Part shown: in pieces, positions 61,284-64,000 of the stretch
Layout: each line of letters begins with the position of its first letter
Position numbering within the stretch: position 1 is the first letter of the stretch
Assembly (NCBI GenBank): GCA_964402565.1
Contig: CAYOCJ010000001.1
Location: forward strand, 160,079-224,078
Reading direction: 5' to 3'
Length of the DNA: 64,000 nt
Origin: an uncultured Gammaproteobacteria bacterium
GTDB taxonomy: Bacteria; Patescibacteriota; Patescibacteriia; UBA1558; 2-01-FULL-52-15
Translations under genes and position numbers: made by a program
The notes under the pieces: generated by a model
What the model was told of the DNA's origin: nothing
Databases searched by the model: none
Seen by the model: only the letters and a program-made list of their open reading frames with translations

Positions 61284-64000
61284 ATGGATAATCAAAGATC
61301 AATTTCAATCATAGTTCCTGCCCTCAATGAGGCTGGTAATATACCCCAGCTGGTTCAGCGTATTCATGACACGCTGACCGTTGCTCAGATCAGGTATGAA
61401 ATCATTCTGATCGACGACCATTCGACCGATGAGACTGTTTCAGTTGCTGAAAAATTTTCAACTTTTTATCCGGTCGTATGCTACTTGAAGCAAGGATTCC
61501 GCGGTAAAGCATATTCATTGATCGAAGGATTCGGTTATGCGAAGTACCCGCTACTCGCAATACTCGATGCTGATCTGCAGTATCCGCCAGAGGCTTTGCC
61601 GGGCATGATACAAAAAATAGTCGGCGGTGCGGATGTGGTCGTTGCAAACCGCGTTTCGCGTGATGAATCGATCTTGCGCACCGTGATCAGTCGGTCTTTC
61701 AATTTCGTTTTCGCCCGTCTGTTGCATGGATTGAATTGCGATGTGCAGTCTGGTATGAAAGTTTTCAGGAAAGAGATCCTCCGGGATGTCACGCTGAATC
61801 CGACGCCGTGGACTTTCGACATGGAATTTTTGATCGAGGCGCGCCAGCGTGCCTATACGATCGACACCGTGGTGATCCCATTTGCAGAGCGCTTAGAAGG
61901 GCAGTCGAAGATCAATATTTTCCGCGCAAGCTATGAGATCGGTTCGAATGCATTGCAATTGAAATTTAAACGCCGCAAACCGCGCCATACTGCGCCCATT
62001 CAGGACGCGTCAATGATAGGCGCGGGTGTGAAGCATAAAGGCAAGCATTTCATAACCCATTCGACATTGCATCACAGCTATTCTGCGATTGAAACATTCG
62101 CGCCATGGCAGCAGCGTTTTAGCATCGCGGCAATAGCGTTATTCGTTATTGGGATTGTTTTTGCACCGTTGGGCACAACTCAATTCGTGATCGCAGTATT
62201 AAGCGTTATTTATTTTATAGACGTCGTTTTTAATTTATTTTTGGTTCGCCGGAGCCTCCATACACCGCCGGAAATTCATTATACCGATGAAGAGCTGAGA
62301 CAAATCGATATCTCTTCACTGCCGGTCTACAGCATCTTGTGCCCGCTCTACAAAGAAGCGCATATTCTGCCCGGCTTCTTGGATGCAATTGCAAAACTTG
62401 ACTGGCCAAAAGAAAAACTGGATGTGCTGTTGCTGCTCGAAGAGAATGATCCTGATACGATTGCCGCTGCACACAGCATGGCCTTGCCCGAGTATGTGCG
62501 CGTTGTGGTCGTGCCGCATTCAATGCCGAAGACAAAACCGAAGGCATGCAATTACGGATTATCGATGGCCCGCGGTGAGTATCTGGTCGTCTATGATGCT
62601 GAAGATATTCCAGATCCGCTGCAGCTCAAGAAAGCTTATTTAGGCTTCCAGAATGTCGGACCTGAAGTGAAGTGCTTGCAGGCTAAGCTGAACTATTTTA
62701 ATCCTCGTCAAAATCTATTGACCAGATTGTTCACTGCAGAGTATTCCCTTTGGTTCGACGTTATATTGACTGGTCTTCAATCGCTCAACACTTATATTCC
62801 GCTCGGAGGAACCAGCAACCACTTTAGAACGAATGACCTGCGTAATCTTGCTGGCTGGGACCCATTCAATGTTACTGAGGATTGTGACCTTGGCATCAGG
62901 CTTTTCAAAGTTGGCTATAAAACGGCTGTCATCGATTCAACGACCCTTGAGGAAGCGAACAGCGATTTCAAAAATTGGCTCCGCCAGCGTTCACGCTGGA
63001 TCAAAGGCTATATGCAGACCTACCTCGTGCATATGCGGCGGCCGGTCCAGTTCAGCAAGGAGAGTAAGCATCATTCGCTTATTTTCCAGCTTGTCGTTGG
63101 CGGCAAAATAGCTTTCGCGCTGATTAATCCTATCCTATGGATAACCACCATCCTGTATTTTACCTTCCGGTCAATTATTGGTCCGTCGATCGAAGCGTTA
63201 TACCCGCCATTTGTTTTCACCATGGCAGGCATGTCGCTTATTTTCGGAAATTTCCTTTGCTTGTACTACTACATGGTCGGCTGTGCGAAACGCGAACAAT
63301 GGGGTTTGATAAAATACGTCTACCTTGTGCCTTTGTACTGGCTCGCGACAAGTATCGCTGCCTATATCGCGCTCTATGAGCTGATCGTTAAACCGCATTA
63401 CTGGCAAAAAACGAATCATGGCCTGCAAAAGGCGCAGCCGGTATTGGCGAACGGAGCTCCTGTGCTAGCTGTGCCGCGCAGATCACTCAGGGCATCAGTG
63501 GTTCGCCTGATCCCTGCCCGATTGCGCGAGCAGGTAGGCACGTCCGGAGGAATGCTTATCTCCGTGATGATGATCTCCAATTTTATCAACCTCTTATTCA
63601 ATGCCTATTTGGGCAGAGAGCTGAATTTTGAAGATTTCGGCGTATTAACCTTGGTGAATACCTTATGGTATTTAGGGTCGGTATTCATTAACGGCGTTAC
63701 CTCTACCATCAATGAACAGACTGCATTTCTCGTAGCGAAGGGTGATACGGCGTCATCAAATCGCTTATTGCACGGCGTTCGATCGAAAGTCATCATCATT
63801 GCTCTAGCCGTGTCTGTGGTATGGGTATTCGCAGTGAGAAGCGTTGCTGCCTTTTTCAATATCGCTGACTCGGAGTCGTTGTTCCTCTTCACGCCGTTGT
63901 TTACCGTCGGCCTCCTTGCCGCAACGAACCGCGGCTATCTGAACGGAACATTCGCGTTCCGTTCGCTTTCCCGCATCATGTTGATCGAAACCATTAGCAA
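61284..64000 (+). CDS. Multidomain fusion: DPM1-like GT2, processive (CesA-like) GT2 and Wzx-like flippase; runs off the window
   Basis: Not in the ORF track. Manual translation at several points in one frame gives MDNQRSISIIVPALNE, LPVYSILCPLYKE, RQRSRWIKG, WQKTNHG, LGRELNFEDFG and RGYLNG. Confidence 0.85.
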   Translation, partial: MDNQRSISIIVPALNEAGNIPQLVQRIHDTLTVAQIRYEIILIDDHSTDETVSVAEKFSTFYPVVCYLKQGFRGKAYSLIEGFGYAKYPLLAILDADLQYPPEALPGMIQKIVGGADVVVANRVSRDESILRTVISRSFNFVFARLLHGLNCDVQSGMKVFRKEILRDVTLNPTPWTFDMEFLIEARQRAYTIDTVVIPFAERLEGQSKINIFRASYEIGSNALQLKFKRRKPRHTAPIQDASMIGAGVKHKGKHFITHSTLHHSYSAIETFAPWQQRFSIAAIALFVIGIVFAPLGTTQFVIAVLSVIYFIDVVFNLFLVRRSLHTPPEIHYTDEELRQIDISSLPVYSILCPLYKEAHILPGFLDAIAKLDWPKEKLDVLLLLEENDPDTIAAAHSMALPEYVRVVVVPHSMPKTKPKACNYGLSMARGEYLVVYDAEDIPDPLQLKKAYLGFQNVGPEVKCLQAKLNYFNPRQNLLTRLFTAEYSLWFDVILTGLQSLNTYIPLGGTSNHFRTNDLRNLAGWDPFNVTEDCDLGIRLFKVGYKTAVIDSTTLEEANSDFKNWLRQRSRWIKGYMQTYLVHMRRPVQFSKESKHHSLIFQLVVGGKIAFALINPILWITTILYFTFRSIIGPSIEALYPPFVFTMAGMSLIFGNFLCLYYYMVGCAKREQWGLIKYVYLVPLYWLATSIAAYIALYELIVKPHYWQKTNHGLQKAQPVLANGAPVLAVPRRSLRASVVRLIPARLREQVGTSGGMLISVMMISNFINLLFNAYLGRELNFEDFGVLTLVNTLWYLGSVFINGVTSTINEQTAFLVAKGDTASSNRLLHGVRSKVIIIALAVSVVWVFAVRSVAAFFNIADSESLFLFTPLFTVGLLAATNRGYLNGTFAFRSLSRIMLIETIS

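Overview
Bacterial chromosomal window in genetic code 11 (TGA is used as a stop). The gene content suggests Patescibacteria/CPR, probably Parcubacteria or ABY1; this is an inference from the VirB2-like pilins, the type IV pilus locus, several DsbA genes, tRNA-Arg(GCG) and the lack of biosynthetic pathways. It carries housekeeping genes (radA, recG, clpC, htpX, lemA, comF, ligA, gatC, gatA, lgt), four tRNAs, an ECF sigma/anti-sigma pair, two ABC systems and a surface-glycan cluster. A large type IV pilus locus is split by an oppositely oriented asnB, methyltransferase and two GT-C/TPR genes. An ORF missing from the supplied track (61284 to the window end) fuses two GT2 domains and a flippase. 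The most notable observations are: (1) tRNA-Ser(GCT) flanked by integrase-free single-gene inserts, a GIY-YIG nuclease on the 5' side and a cargo gene on the 3' side, each bounded by a duplicated tRNA end and GC-rich triloop hairpins; (2) two pilin pairs sharing exact DNA tracts (207 bp and 347 bp) inside otherwise diverged genes, suggesting gene conversion or cassette exchange; (3) a GTAAGA-N15-CGTC promoter motif that defines a probable ECF regulon; (4) a candidate structured ncRNA upstream of recG; (5) a PilN with two PilM-binding motifs separated by a repetitive Pro-rich insert, and a degenerate PilT. No CRISPR array, rRNA gene, integrase, transposase or reverse transcriptase was seen.
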